A stretch of DNA of 64,000 bases from the human T2T-CHM13v2.0 reference genome, Homo sapiens (GCF_009914755.1 NC_060925.1); one strand, 5' to 3'. Shown: positions 1 through 11,412, numbered from the stretch's first letter. A program made the numbers and translations. The notes: generated by a model not told the origin, from the sequence alone.

Positions 1-127
1 GGCCCCACCCTCACAACTTCATCTAACTCTAACTACTTCCCAAGGGCCTCACCTTTAAGTACCGTACATTAGGGGTTCGGGCTTCATCATGGGAATTGTT
101 AAGGAAGACAAACATTCAGTATATAAC
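1..127 (-). mobile_element. MaLR (MST/MLT1-type) LTR fragment
   Basis: ggccccaccctcac...tctaactacttcccaagggcctcacc...aaacattcagtatataaca resembles a MaLR LTR end. Confidence 0.5.
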
Positions 128-654
128 ACCACCAAATTGAGATGGTTATAAATGGTGCAGGACAAATGGGTGGATTTATTAGTTAAGTTGCAAGGGAAAC
201 TTTATTAAAGAGGAGGAAGAACTTACATCGAAGATGTGAGAGGCATCCTGGGCAAATGCAATGTGTAGAATTGATCAGGTTAGTGACTAAATGAACATAA
301 GGTAAAAAAAATTTACAAGACAGTTGAGGAAGCGTAAATGCTGACTGGACATACAGTGATACTAAGAAATTATTGTTAAACGATTTTGGTGTGATAGTGA
401 CATTGTAATTATATTTTAGTGTCACAAAGTGAATTATTGATAGATGCATTAAATGCAGTATTTAAAATAATCCATGGGTGGGAGGAGTGGGTGGGCAATA
501 GAAGAAACAAGTTGACATGACCTGTTTAATTGTCGAACTTGGGTAATGGACACAGGGGGTTCATTATACTATTTTCTATACTTTTATGTATGCTTAACAT
601 TTTCCCAACTAGATAGTTAAAAATATAACAGGAACCACATTGGGCACTTAGAGC

Positions 655-911
655 TTTTTTTTTTTTTTCCCCACATTTTTATTGGGAGCCGTGGGAGGGG
701 CCTCCTCTGTCATTGGAGGTGCTCACAGTTTCTTCAGCCACTCCAGGCTGGGGTCCTGGGGGTCTGAGGCTCCCAGTGACGAAGGACACGACGAGCACCG
801 GCTCCTTGGCCCAGGCATTCTTGAAGAAGGTGCGGAGTCTCGCGGCCATCTTGGTCTCGGCGGCGGCGACGGCGGCGAGGACGCGGAGCACTCTGGGAGT
901 TGTGGTCCCTC
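655..911 (-). pseudogene. Processed pseudogene of NDUFA3 (complex I subunit B9), internally shortened, in the last NLRP3 intron, antisense
   Basis: Minus-strand translation [24 protein letters not shown] matches the NDUFA3 N-terminus (ATG 849-847); a shifted frame gives ...PSLEWLKKL* (NDUFA3 C-terminus); AATAAA at 683-678; poly(A) at 668-655; no introns. Confidence 0.9.
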
Positions 912-1011
912 TTTTTTTTTTTTTTTTTTTTTACATTTTAGAAGTGTGTGGAGTTTAGGGAAATGAAGAGATGAGACTTTTAAGGTTAACGACTCTGACA
1001 GAGTTATCTGA

Positions 1012-1146
<135 letters not shown>

Positions 1147-1437
1147 GAGTGGAAACGGGGCTGCCAGACGCCAGTGTTCTCCGGTCCCTCCAGCTGGGGG
1201 CCCTCAGGTGGAGAGAGCTGCGATCCATCCAGGCCAAGACCACAGCTCTGTGATCCTTCCGGTGGAGTGTCGGAGAAGAGAGCTTGCCGACGATGCCTTC
1301 CTGTGCAGAGCTTGGGCATCTCCTTTACGCCAGGGTGAGGAAGACACCAGGACAATGACAGCATCGGGTGTTGTTGTCATCACAGCGCCTCAGTTAGAGG
1401 ATGTTCCTCTTGGTGACCTCATGTAATTAGCTCATTC

Positions 1438-1443
1438 AATAAA
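1438..1443 (+). terminator. Proximal polyadenylation signal AATAAA
   Basis: Canonical hexamer followed by U-rich and GU-rich sequence. Confidence 0.75.
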
Positions 1444-1552
1444 GCACTTTCTTTATTTTTCTCTTCTCTGTCTAACTTTCTTTTTCCTATCTTTTTTTCT
1501 TCTTTGTTCTGTTTACTTTTGCTCATATCATCATTCCCGCTATCTTTCTATT

Positions 1553-1559
1553 AACTGAC
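1553..1559 (+). promoter_or_regulatory. miR-223-3p seed site (AACTGAC)
   Basis: Complementary to the miR-223 seed GUCAGUU; miR-223 repression of NLRP3 is established. Confidence 0.85.
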
Positions 1560-1609
1560 CATAACACAGAACTAGTTGACTATATATTATGTTGAAATTT
1601 TATGGCAGC

Positions 1610-1623
1610 TATTTATTTATTTA
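1610..1623 (+). promoter_or_regulatory. AU-rich element (overlapping ATTTA; TTP/ZFP36 type)
   Basis: tatttatttattta. Confidence 0.8.
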
Positions 1624-1718
1624 AATTTTTTGTAATAGTTTTGTTTTCTAATAAGAAAAATCCATGCTTTTTGTAGCTGGTTGAAAATTCAGGAATATGT
1701 AAAACTTTTTGGTATTTA

Positions 1719-1724
1719 ATTAAA
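1719..1724 (+). terminator. Distal polyadenylation signal ATTAAA
   Basis: Variant hexamer about 20 nt before ...cttaattttaaaaaa. Confidence 0.6.
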
Positions 1725-2564
1725 TTGATTCCTTTTCTTAATTTTAAAAAAGAGTACCTAGAAATTTTTCAAATTATTTCTCTAAACCACTAAAGATAAA
1801 TTAAATTGTTTGGTGCATTTTAAAAGTCACTTTGGCAAATGATTCCATTGTAGATAATTTTTAAAACGTTACCTCACTCTAACTGTAATGAGTGGAATTT
1901 CACCTTTGATAGGATAGGAGATTGAAAATCGTGGAGGGAAAGGTTTGAGAGTATCAGAGCCTGCGCTCCTAACTAGAAGTATTATGTAGAAGATGCATCT
2001 TGCTTTCAGTTGATAACAGCTTATTTTGGATTTATCCCATCCGAGGAACAGTTCATCTATTATACTTCACAGAGCATTAAGTTATAAGGAAATATTTACT
2101 AATTGCTTCTCTACACATGGACAACTCTTAAACCGCATGGAATTGCTCAGGATGGAAATACTATTTCCTCTGTACAATTAGCCATCAAAGTAGCCACACT
2201 TTGCTACTCAAAGTGTAGTCTATGAACTGTCGATATAAGGAGCTTGTATAAGAATGTAAAACAATCACATTATTAAACATACCTTTTAGATGAGCTGACA
2301 TTTAAAAAAAACCCTGAAGACTATTTTTATAAGGGAAACAGTATGAGATTTACATTCTGTTGCAAACTCTGTCTTGTTAGCACTTCTGAGCAGCACCAAC
2401 TGGAGACTGGGTTTCTGCATCTTGGTGAACTATTACCGACTGCCTTCCTGCTACAAACACTTTGATAACCTATATAAATAATGTAATCAGAAACACATAG
2501 CTGAGCTTGAAAGAGAGAAAGAGAACCTTTGGGCATTAGGACATTAAAACTGGCCAGGTTGCTG

Positions 2565-3130
2565 AGAATGCCATTATTTCATTCCTTTTTATGGCTGAAT
2601 AGTATTTTTCCATGGTATATATCTCACATTTTCTTTTTCTTTTTTTTTTGAGATGGAGTCTCGCTCTGTCGCCCAGTCTGGAGTGCAGTGGCGCGATCTC
2701 GGCTCACTGCAACCTCCGCCTCCCGGGTTCAAGCAATTCTCTGCCTCAGCCTCCTGAGTAGCTGGGATTACAGGCGCGTGCCACCATGCCCAGCTAATTT
2801 TTGTATTTTTAGTAGAGACGGGGTTTCACCATCTTGGCCAGGCTGGTCTTGAACTCCTGACCTTGTGATTCACCCGCCTCGGCCTCCCAAAGTGCTGGGA
2901 TTACAGGCATGAGCCACTGCGCCCAGATGGTTCCATATTTTTCCAATTGCAAATTGTGCTGCTATAAACACGCATGAGCAAGTATCTTTTTCGTATAATG
3001 ACTTATTTTCCTCTGGGTAGATGCCCCGTAGTGGGATTGCTGGATCAAATGGTAGATCTACTTTTTGTTCTTTAAGGATCCACAATGTTTTCCATCGTGG
3101 TTGTACTAGTGTTTGTACTAGTTTACATTT
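2565..3130 (-). mobile_element. L1 (L1PB-like) ORF2-end/3' UTR fragment interrupted by an Alu
   Basis: ORF 2870..3133 [16 protein letters not shown]...CVFIAAQFAI is the L1 ORF2 C-terminus. Confidence 0.85.
2633..2926 (-). mobile_element. AluS
   Basis: Full dimeric Alu with T-rich tail on +. Confidence 0.95.
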
Positions 3131-3671
3131 CATGGAAAAACTTTCTATAGAAGAAAATGTGAACTACAGAGAAAAAAAAATCAAAATCACAGGAAGAAGA
3201 TAGCAATCTACTTCATTCCTGGAATTGTCTGAAAAAGTCGTGTAAAATTTGTGGAGATTTAAGTATATGGAGAAAAACACTTATTCATTGTAAGTAAAAT
3301 AAGATTGTATTTCAGCTTCATCTTGTGTATACTTAGGAGTAATAGAAAAGAGACAAATGGGGAGAGAATAAAAGAAATATAGGAAGAGGAAAAGAGAAAA
3401 GAATCAGGAAATTGGAAGTGAAATAATTCCACACATACTTATTGAAGTCTATTTAAACAATGCTTAAAAATATATGGCCTCTTAGAATTATACGTTTAAA
3501 ATGAACTTTGTCGCTATGGGATTTGGGGCATTATAACAGGAAGTGAGATGTTTGAAGACAGGGTTTTTGAGCTCTCTGGGTATTAACTCCTTAAGTGAAA
3601 GATGCTCTGAGTGCACAATAGACTTGTGCTGTGTTCTTTAATTGATGGAGATGCTACATCTCATGTCCTCA

Positions 3672-4625
3672 TCATCCACAGAGCCTCCAGATCCTGGCCA
3701 GAAGTCTCCTCAGAGCCCCCTTCATATCTTTATTTCTCAGGGTGTAGGTGAAGGGATTGAGAGTGGGGGTGATTATGGAATAGAAGAGAGAAATAAATTT
3801 GCCCTGCTCTTGGGAGTAGCTGGAAGGGGGCTGCAGATACATGTAAATCGCAGGTAGGTAGAAGAGGGAGACGATCATCAGGTGGGAGGAACACGTCCCA
3901 AAGGCCTTGTGTCGTCCCTTGGAGGACTGGATCCTGAGCACTGCCCGGGCAATAAAGCCATAGGAGAGAAGGATGAGAGCCAGGGGCACCAACACGAAGA
4001 AGGCCACCAGCACAGCCAGTATGGTGTCATTCATAGCGGTGTCAGCACACGACAGCTTGATCACGGCCGGCACCTCACAGAAAAAGTTGTTCAGCACCTG
4101 CCGCCCGCAGAATGGCAATTGCACCGTCAGGACCACCTGCACGAAGGAGTTGCCGAAGCCACTGAGCCAGGCCAGAGCCACGAGCTGCTGACAGAGAGCA
4201 CGGTGCATGAGAACGGCATAGTGCAGGGGCTTGCAGCTGGCCACGTAGCGGTCCAGGGCCATGGCGGCCAGGACGATGCACTCCGTGCATCCCAGCCAGT
4301 GGAAGACTGCATATTGCACAGTGCAGCCTCCATAGCTGATGGTCTTCTGGGAACTGCCCATGTTGACCAGCATCTGAGGGACTGTCGTGGTGGTGTAGCA
4401 GAGGTCCAGGAAGGACAGGTGACTGAGGAAGATGTACATGGGGCTGTGGAGTTGAGGATCCACCCGGGATGCCAGGATGATGGCGACGTTCCCCAACATG
4501 GCCAGCACATAGGACAGCAGGAGGACCACAAAGAGAGGGAGTTCCAGCCACGGCCTGTCAGACACACCCAGAAGGATGAAGGCTTTAGGGGAGTCCCCTA
4601 AGAAGCTATGGTTGTCACTTTTCAT
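3672..4625 (-). CDS. OR2B11: Olfactory receptor 2B11 (class II OR, 317 aa, intact ORF)
   Basis: OR motifs LHSPMYIFLSHLS, MALDRYVA(S)C, KAFGTCSSHL, PTLNPFTYTLRNKD; N-glycosylation site NHS; position tail-to-tail with NLRP3. Confidence 0.96.
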   Translation of the reverse strand: MKSDNHSFLGDSPKAFILLGVSDRPWLELPLFVVLLLSYVLAMLGNVAIILASRVDPQLHSPMYIFLSHLSFLDLCYTTTTVPQMLVNMGSSQKTISYGGCTVQYAVFHWLGCTECIVLAAMALDRYVASCKPLHYAVLMHRALCQQLVALAWLSGFGNSFVQVVLTVQLPFCGRQVLNNFFCEVPAVIKLSCADTAMNDTILAVLVAFFVLVPLALILLSYGFIARAVLRIQSSKGRHKAFGTCSSHLMIVSLFYLPAIYMYLQPPSSYSQEQGKFISLFYSIITPTLNPFTYTLRNKDMKGALRRLLARIWRLCG

Positions 4626-4680
4626 GTTGCGGCATTTTCTGGCACTTGTGGCAAATTGAGAAAATTGGAATGAATAATAC

Positions 4681-4695
4681 CTGAGAAGAGGAATT
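4681..4695 (-). promoter_or_regulatory. Candidate splice acceptor of the OR2B11 coding exon (exon would start at 4680)
   Basis: Minus strand reads ttcctcttctcag|gtatt, 55 nt upstream of the ATG, typical of OR genes. Confidence 0.6.
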
Positions 4696-6770
4696 GATCA
4701 CTTTCCTCCCTCTTGCATCCACTCTTCCTTTCCCAGGTGATAGCCTGTTTGATTCTCCTTACCTCTGTGGAGACGCTGGGATGCGGAAGGGTCAGAACCA
4801 GGAGCCCCAGCAGCAGCCTCTGTGTCTTTGCTCTCCTTCCTACTCAGTGGCCGCAACTAAACCATTTAATATTCCTGAACTTCTGCATCTGTAAAATGGG
4901 GAGAAATACCTCCTTCAATTGCCAAGACTTGGGGACGATAGAGACATTAAGTATGTGAGAAGAATACCTCACGAATGACAATTATGTTCCAGGTAGAGCG
5001 AAGCGTGCTACAGCTCCCATCACCGTCAGAGTGTTTGATTTCTCTCTACATCCACATCGACAAGGAATTGTCCACCTTCTTAGGCTTTCCCATTTTGGGA
5101 GGTAGTGGTAGGAGGGAGGCGGGCGGTGACATAAAGCAAGCAGAAGGGCTTTGTGAGCAGCTGGGGGCTGTATTGATAGGACCACCCCCCGTCACTGGCT
5201 CACGCTTGCATCCAGCTCCCGGATTCACGCTGATCTCCGCTGTCATGACCACACACGCACAGGCAGCCCTGTCACTCACACTGGCAGTAAAAGCAGCACA
5301 ATTCTAGGTCCTGTGAGTCTCTGGAGTGGAAGAGCCAAGGTATACGTTACTTCAGCCCCTGAATAGGTCATGGTAGTTAATGAAACCCCAGACCATGGAA
5401 TTTTGAGCACAGGGAGAAAGCTCTTGATTGGCGTGAGAAACGTAGCCCCTGGAATTGTCTACGGAAAGATCAGACTGCCCTCTAGGGCTAGGTTTTATCT
5501 GATGGCTTGAGTGACATTCCAATTTCCTGCACAATTTCTTTGCCGAGCAGCTGTCACCTCTCAGTGATAGAAAACAGCCAATTTGATTTCTGAAACCATT
5601 GCTGTTAGGAAGCAACTGGGTTGCCACCTGCTGATTCGTGGGTCCTTTCGACTGCACCATTGGCTTCTCACCTCCTACAATCGCTCAAGCATTGCACACC
5701 TTCCAGTTCCTGATGGGGATGTTATGCTCCATGATAGGATTGAAAAATATTATTAATAAACAATAATTAATTAATCATTATTCATAGTAAATCCTGTAAG
5801 CAGATAATTTATGAAGGATTTTTATTCTTGATTTGGTACCTTATGCATAGACTGTAAAACTAACGGAGATCTGCTCAGCTTACATGTTGCAACAGGTGTT
5901 CCCTGCTGCCCCAGTTGATATTCTGAAGAACTCTACTGTTACTGGAAAACAACTCAAACTCCAGGGTTTCAATGGAGGAATAAGTTCAGTTTTTCCCTCC
6001 TGCTTCTCTAGTTTCAAAACCACACACGTTTTGTCAGAAAGTTGCCAATATTCTTGTGAAACACTCAATTATCATATCTCCTCCCAGATTCTATCAACAA
6101 TACTTACGAAATAAACTTCACAGAATGTGATCTTATCTCTAATGAGCTCAAGATGCCTGTCAAAACAGTGAGCTGTGGCCGAGCAAAGTCAAGCTAGCAC
6201 ATTTTTAAGTCTAATTATTAAGAAGTAAAGGAATTATGACATTTCTCTTTCTGAGATTTCTGATTCCAGAGTTTCTTTTCAGAGCCTAAACTGGGAGAAA
6301 AGGGAGAAGTTGTAGGGATAGTGAAGAAAGAAATGAGAGAATGAAGGAAGCAAGAAAGATAGAGGGGTAAATGTATTCGGCAATTTATAATAAAGACAAG
6401 TTATTTACCACTCACTGTGAGCCAGGTACTGTAATAATAACTTGATGTTGCCTTAATATCTCAGCAAGGTCCATATTTTCACCCCTAATTGACTGAGCGA
6501 CTCGGGAGGACAGCTGGTCTACCTTAGTTACACGGCAGCAAATGGTAAAGCCAGGACTGAAAGCCAAACTCCTGCTCTTCACTACTATTCTCTCCAGAAC
6601 TTTGCTTTAAAAAAAGAGCAGCTGGTGACATGGGGAGCAGCAAGGGCAGTCGCGTAAACGACTGAGACAAAAGAAGTTCCTGGGAAGGGGAGATGAGGGA
6701 GAGGAAGGTCACAGGAGAGAAAGGGGCAGGGATTAGACAGGAGTGGTTTTCTTGTAATTATAGTCCACTG

Positions 6771-6862
6771 TACATGTGCACACTTACGTACACACGTGCA
6801 CACACATGCATGCACGTGCACACGCACACACACACACATGCACACACACACGCACACACACA
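6771..6862. repeat. Degenerate (CA)n/(CACG) microsatellite
   Basis: Alternating purine-pyrimidine tract. Confidence 0.9.
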
Positions 6863-8949
6863 CGGTTTCTCAATGGCAAAGCTGGACACTGCCCAGCCCT
6901 GCCCCTCATGCCCTGGATCTGATGCCCTTCTGTTCAGGTGTTTCCACACGGAGCTTTCGTAGGTGTCTAGCCTCTGCACTCCTTGACCTTCTTTCATCTT
7001 CCCACTACCCAAGTACAGGTGCCCCCTCAAGGCACAGCCTTGCTTCCCTGGATGGACACAGTAGTTCCCACAAACGTCGCCATCGCATTCAGATGGAGTC
7101 CCTCAGGCTGTATCTACAGTTGTCAGTTCCTCACTGACCTCTAACCCCCTTTTTGACATTGTGAACTGAGGCATCCCAAATTTCACCTGGCAGCCATCCC
7201 CCCAGACTCAAACCATCTCCTTCATCTTAATTCTGGCTGAGTTCCCTTCAGTCACCGTGATGCCAAGTACTGAGGTTCTTTCTATTCATGTTCTACTCCT
7301 CATTCACTCTAGTTCAGCACCAAAGTTAAAGAATTCAACACCCACACAATGCTGTGATCCCACCACAATGTTGCATCGTTGCAGGCACGCACTGTCTGTA
7401 TCCTCACCACTGCGGTCCTGGGCAGAAACGCCCACCAGGACCCCTCTTGGAACTTGCTACCTGCCTCTCTGCAGGCAGCTTCAACCCCTCACTCACCCTC
7501 ACACGAAGTCATCTTTCTGAGACTCAGGCCTTAAGGCAAAGATATCTTTAGGTGTTTCAATTACCAAAAACGTAAGAACCCATCGCTCAAGAGTTACCTG
7601 CTGATTGTATCGTGTTCACACTGAATTCCCGCAGTTTCTTCTGGGGGCTGCTGGCAGGCTAGGCTGTGAACACGCAGGCTGTGATACACCCTTAGATATA
7701 TATCATTCCCTGTAGGATATATAATCCTTATGATTAATATTTATATCTCTATATCTATATCATCTACCTCTTATCCCTGACATTTGCCGCTGAAATCTCT
7801 GCTGAAGCTTGACGGAACACATTGTTACCTACTCCATCACACAAGATGGAAAATCAAATTTACAGCAGTGTGTGGAATTCCTAGAAAGTAGCTTATGAGA
7901 TGGGCAAACAGAAACATGGTCATAGGATTTTATTGCTTATTAGTCCAAAGGGTCTCTTTCTTCAGTCTAGAATTCAGCCTCCCATCCCACAACCGGGATA
8001 GCCTGGTCCAGGCCCTGTTCAGCTGCGGAGGCCATCATTGGGATTACACTCAAGAGAGTCTTGGGGACAAGGCTTAATGATAGCAATATTTTCCTGAACT
8101 GATAATAACACGGACTCTTTCATCACAAAAAGAGAAAGAGCCCCTTTCTCCTTATTTAAGAGCCCCTTTCTCCTTATTTGTTTGCATTTGCAGTCCTGGT
8201 TCAATGGCACGCTTTTTCTTAGGAGTCTAACAAGTACAATCGAGACGTTAGCTGGCACAGGGGCTTGAGAGCACACAAGCCCAGCCTCAACTCCACCTCT
8301 TCATCTTTATTCTCAGTGTCACTCAGCAGCCTCTGCAATGTAGTTAGTGTCCCTGTGCATTCACAGTCCTTTCTCATCCTGTGCCAGGGCTGGGGAAGTG
8401 CACATCCTCCTGCTGGGAATAGCAGGAATGTCTTGGGAATCTTACGTTCTTCCCTTCCTTTCATGTCCCGCCTCTGGTTTCAGGACAGCCCGGTTTCCTT
8501 CCTTTAACTGCCCTCACTAATTTAACACTATTCCTCATCTTCTGTAGCTCCCACAGTACAAAGGGGTTTGAGGACATGAATATGCCTATTGCCACAGTGG
8601 ATCTGAGGTCTAATTTTTCATAGCACTTTAATTTGAAAGATTAAACAAATTCCTAGCATTGAGAGGAGAAGGGAAGTAAGTGCACACTGAATGAGCACCC
8701 ACCAGTTCTCTGTGCACTAGGCACCGCATATGAGCCTTCCCATATCCCATTTCAATAACTCTGGAAAACTGAGAGGTTCAGAAAGATTAAGAAGTTCACC
8801 TCGTTCAGGGACTGGGGTATGAGTCCACAGGGTAAGCTATTTAAAAATCCAATGCCGGTTCACATGGAGGGGAAATTACTTCCTCATAAGCCTCTGGATG
8901 TCATAATCTGTCACTCTCAAAAGTAACAAACAGTTCCCCTTTAAAAAAC

Positions 8950-9119
<170 letters not shown>

Positions 9120-9246
9120 TTAAACACCCTGTAAACCTGAAAAATATTAAAGACCTCGCCTAATGGAAAAATTGTAAATTTGCTGTATCATTTGGTAATC
9201 ATTTCCAATATGTTAATTTTTTACTTTTTAGGGAGATTGTAATTAC

Positions 9247-9495
9247 TTTTTTTTCTTTTTTTTTTTTAATTATAGTTTAAGTTCTGGGATACATGTGCAG
9301 AACGTGGAGGTTTGTTACACAGGTATACATGTGCCATGGTTGTTTGCTGCATCCATCAACCCGTCATCTACGTTAGGTATTTCTCATAATGCTCTCCCTC
9401 CCCTAGCCCGCACTCCCTGATGGGCCCCGGTGTGTGATGTTCCGCTCCCTGTGTCCATGTGTTCTCATTGTTCAAGTTCCACTAATGAGAACATG
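9247..9495 (-). mobile_element. L1PA 3' end, 5'-truncated
   Basis: poly(T) then tttaagttctgggatacatgtgcagaac... Confidence 0.9.
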
Positions 9496-10961
9496 AACAT
9501 GTCTTACATATTATGTCATTCACAGCATGAGGAATGCAATTAATTCACAAAAATGATTATTGATTTTGTTAGCAAATCTAAAAGCCTCATCCCTCAAAGA
9601 GCTCCTTATTCTGGAGGTAGGTAGAGTCCTCAGCCTCGTCAGTTATTCCTTCTAGTGCTGGGGACGAAGGGAAGAGGAGGAGAAGGAGCTGGGACCCAGC
9701 AGTGATGGGCCTATGGGAGGGAGGATACGGCTGCACAGCCCTCAGCGCGTGGCTCAGGCAGGGTCAGCCCCTCTGCACATGCCTCCCCCTACCACCACCA
9801 CACGTCATCGCCTTTTTATGTGGTCTGACTTTTTCAGATTTTTCAACCTGAAGCTTGCTTTCTCGGGGACTGATACGATTCAGCTCTGCATTCTCTTTTT
9901 CTCTCTTTCCATGGCCCTGCTCAGCTCACTACTGCCCTTGTGACTGTGATTCAGCAGCCTCAAAAATAGGAGGAAGCGGAGGAAAGGGACTCAGCGCCCC
10001 CACACACTGTGTGCAGCGTCCACTGTTCAGATGAGTGTCAGACAGCGTGCCTACCTCCAGGCAGAGCATCCTGTTCTGCTCCCGGCTCTCTTTTCTAGAT
10101 AAAACCACACAACACAATTTTACACTTGCTGCTTAATACGTGGCCATTGCTCATCGACCCATCCATCCTCCACCTCGTGTGCCCTTGGTCTCCAGCATAG
10201 CCCAGTGTTAATACTGCCCATCCTGCACCTCCACTGCACTGTACAGATTTCAGTTTGACTGGAGTTGAGGATGAATCACTCACCTCCAGGGTTCCTGGCT
10301 CCTACAGAAGACTTGCTTTAGGACTGAAGGCTATATTGCAGTCTGTGTTGGCCTTAGTCGCGGAGGGACATTTAAGGATGGACTTACTAGAAATGCTCTT
10401 CATATTCCAGGAAGACACAGCACATTTCCTCTGATGGGCTGCTGGGACCTTACCATTTACTGGAACCCAACCCTCTGAGCAAGTCTGAGAGATTATTCTC
10501 AGTCTAGAAGGAGTCTGCTGTCCGTTGCAACAGGCTTGCTGGGGAGACTCAGGGTTTCCCGGACTCTCCCTTGGCAGTACGTGAGGTCGGTGGATCTGCC
10601 TTAACCTTAGTCCCCCAGAGTGCCTATAGGTACCTTGACATGGTGGAGGTTACTTCCGAGGATAAAGCTTTCAGGCAACACACCTTGCCCGTGTCACGCT
10701 CTCTGTTCATTTCAAAATTATCCCTCAGATTTAACTTGACCTCATTCTCTCCACTGTTTTCTATAAGGGCCCTGCTCATTCTCCCCAGACGTGAGAGTAA
10801 AAACTTGCTCTCCTCTGGCTGTGAAATTATCCCTGATGCTTTATTTAATTAGTGTCTAAGGGGTTAGCTGATAATTGAGGTGGTGTGAGAGCTTGGAGTT
10901 CTTGCAATTAATGGCAAATCCCAGAAGACCAGAGAAAATGGATCAATAATGGGGAATAAGA

Positions 10962-10966
<5 letters not shown>

Positions 10967-11011
<45 letters not shown>

Positions 11012-11412
11012 GAACTCTTTAGGGCTGGTGCGTGGTGTGTGTGTGTGTGTTGAACTCTTTAAGGCTGGTGCGTGGTGTGTGTGTGTGTGTGTTGAACTCT
11101 TTAGGGCTGGTGCGTGGTGTGTGTGTGTGTGTTGAACTCTTTAGGGCTGGTGCGTGGTGTGTGTGTGTGTGTTGAACTCTTTAGGGCTGGTGCGTGGTGT
11201 GTGTGTGTGTGTGTTGAACTCTTTAGGGCTGGTGTGTGTATGTGTGTGTGTGTTGAACTCTTTAGGGCTGGTGCATGGTGTGTGTATGTGTGTGTGTGTT
11301 GAACTCTTTAGGGCTGGTGCGTGGTGTGTGTGTGTGTGTGTTGAACTCTTTAGGGCTGGTGTGTGGTGTGTGTGTGTGTGTGTGTTGAACTCTTTAGGGC
11401 TGGTGCGTGGTG
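10967..11412. repeat. Compound minisatellite: 10 copies of TGAACTCTTTAGGGCTGGTG(CGTGG) separated by variable (TG)n
   Basis: Ten copies of gaactcttta counted at about 40-46 bp period after a (TG)22 run. Confidence 0.95.

Larger units (their letters stand above)
1147..1750 (+). other. NLRP3: NLRP3 3' UTR
   Basis: Follows the stop codon; proximal AATAAA 1438-1443, distal ATTAAA 1719-1724; the end coordinate is approximate. Confidence 0.85.

Noticed and set aside
3882-4601. 239-aa ORF antisense to OR2B11 and other overlapping ORFs
   Set aside because: Shadow frames caused by GC-rich codon usage of the OR
10967-11412. CRISPR-like appearance (constant repeats with variable spacers)
   Set aside because: Spacers are only (TG)n, the DNA is human and there are no cas genes; it is a compound minisatellite. 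The TTAGGG hexamers are isolated, so it is not an interstitial telomere
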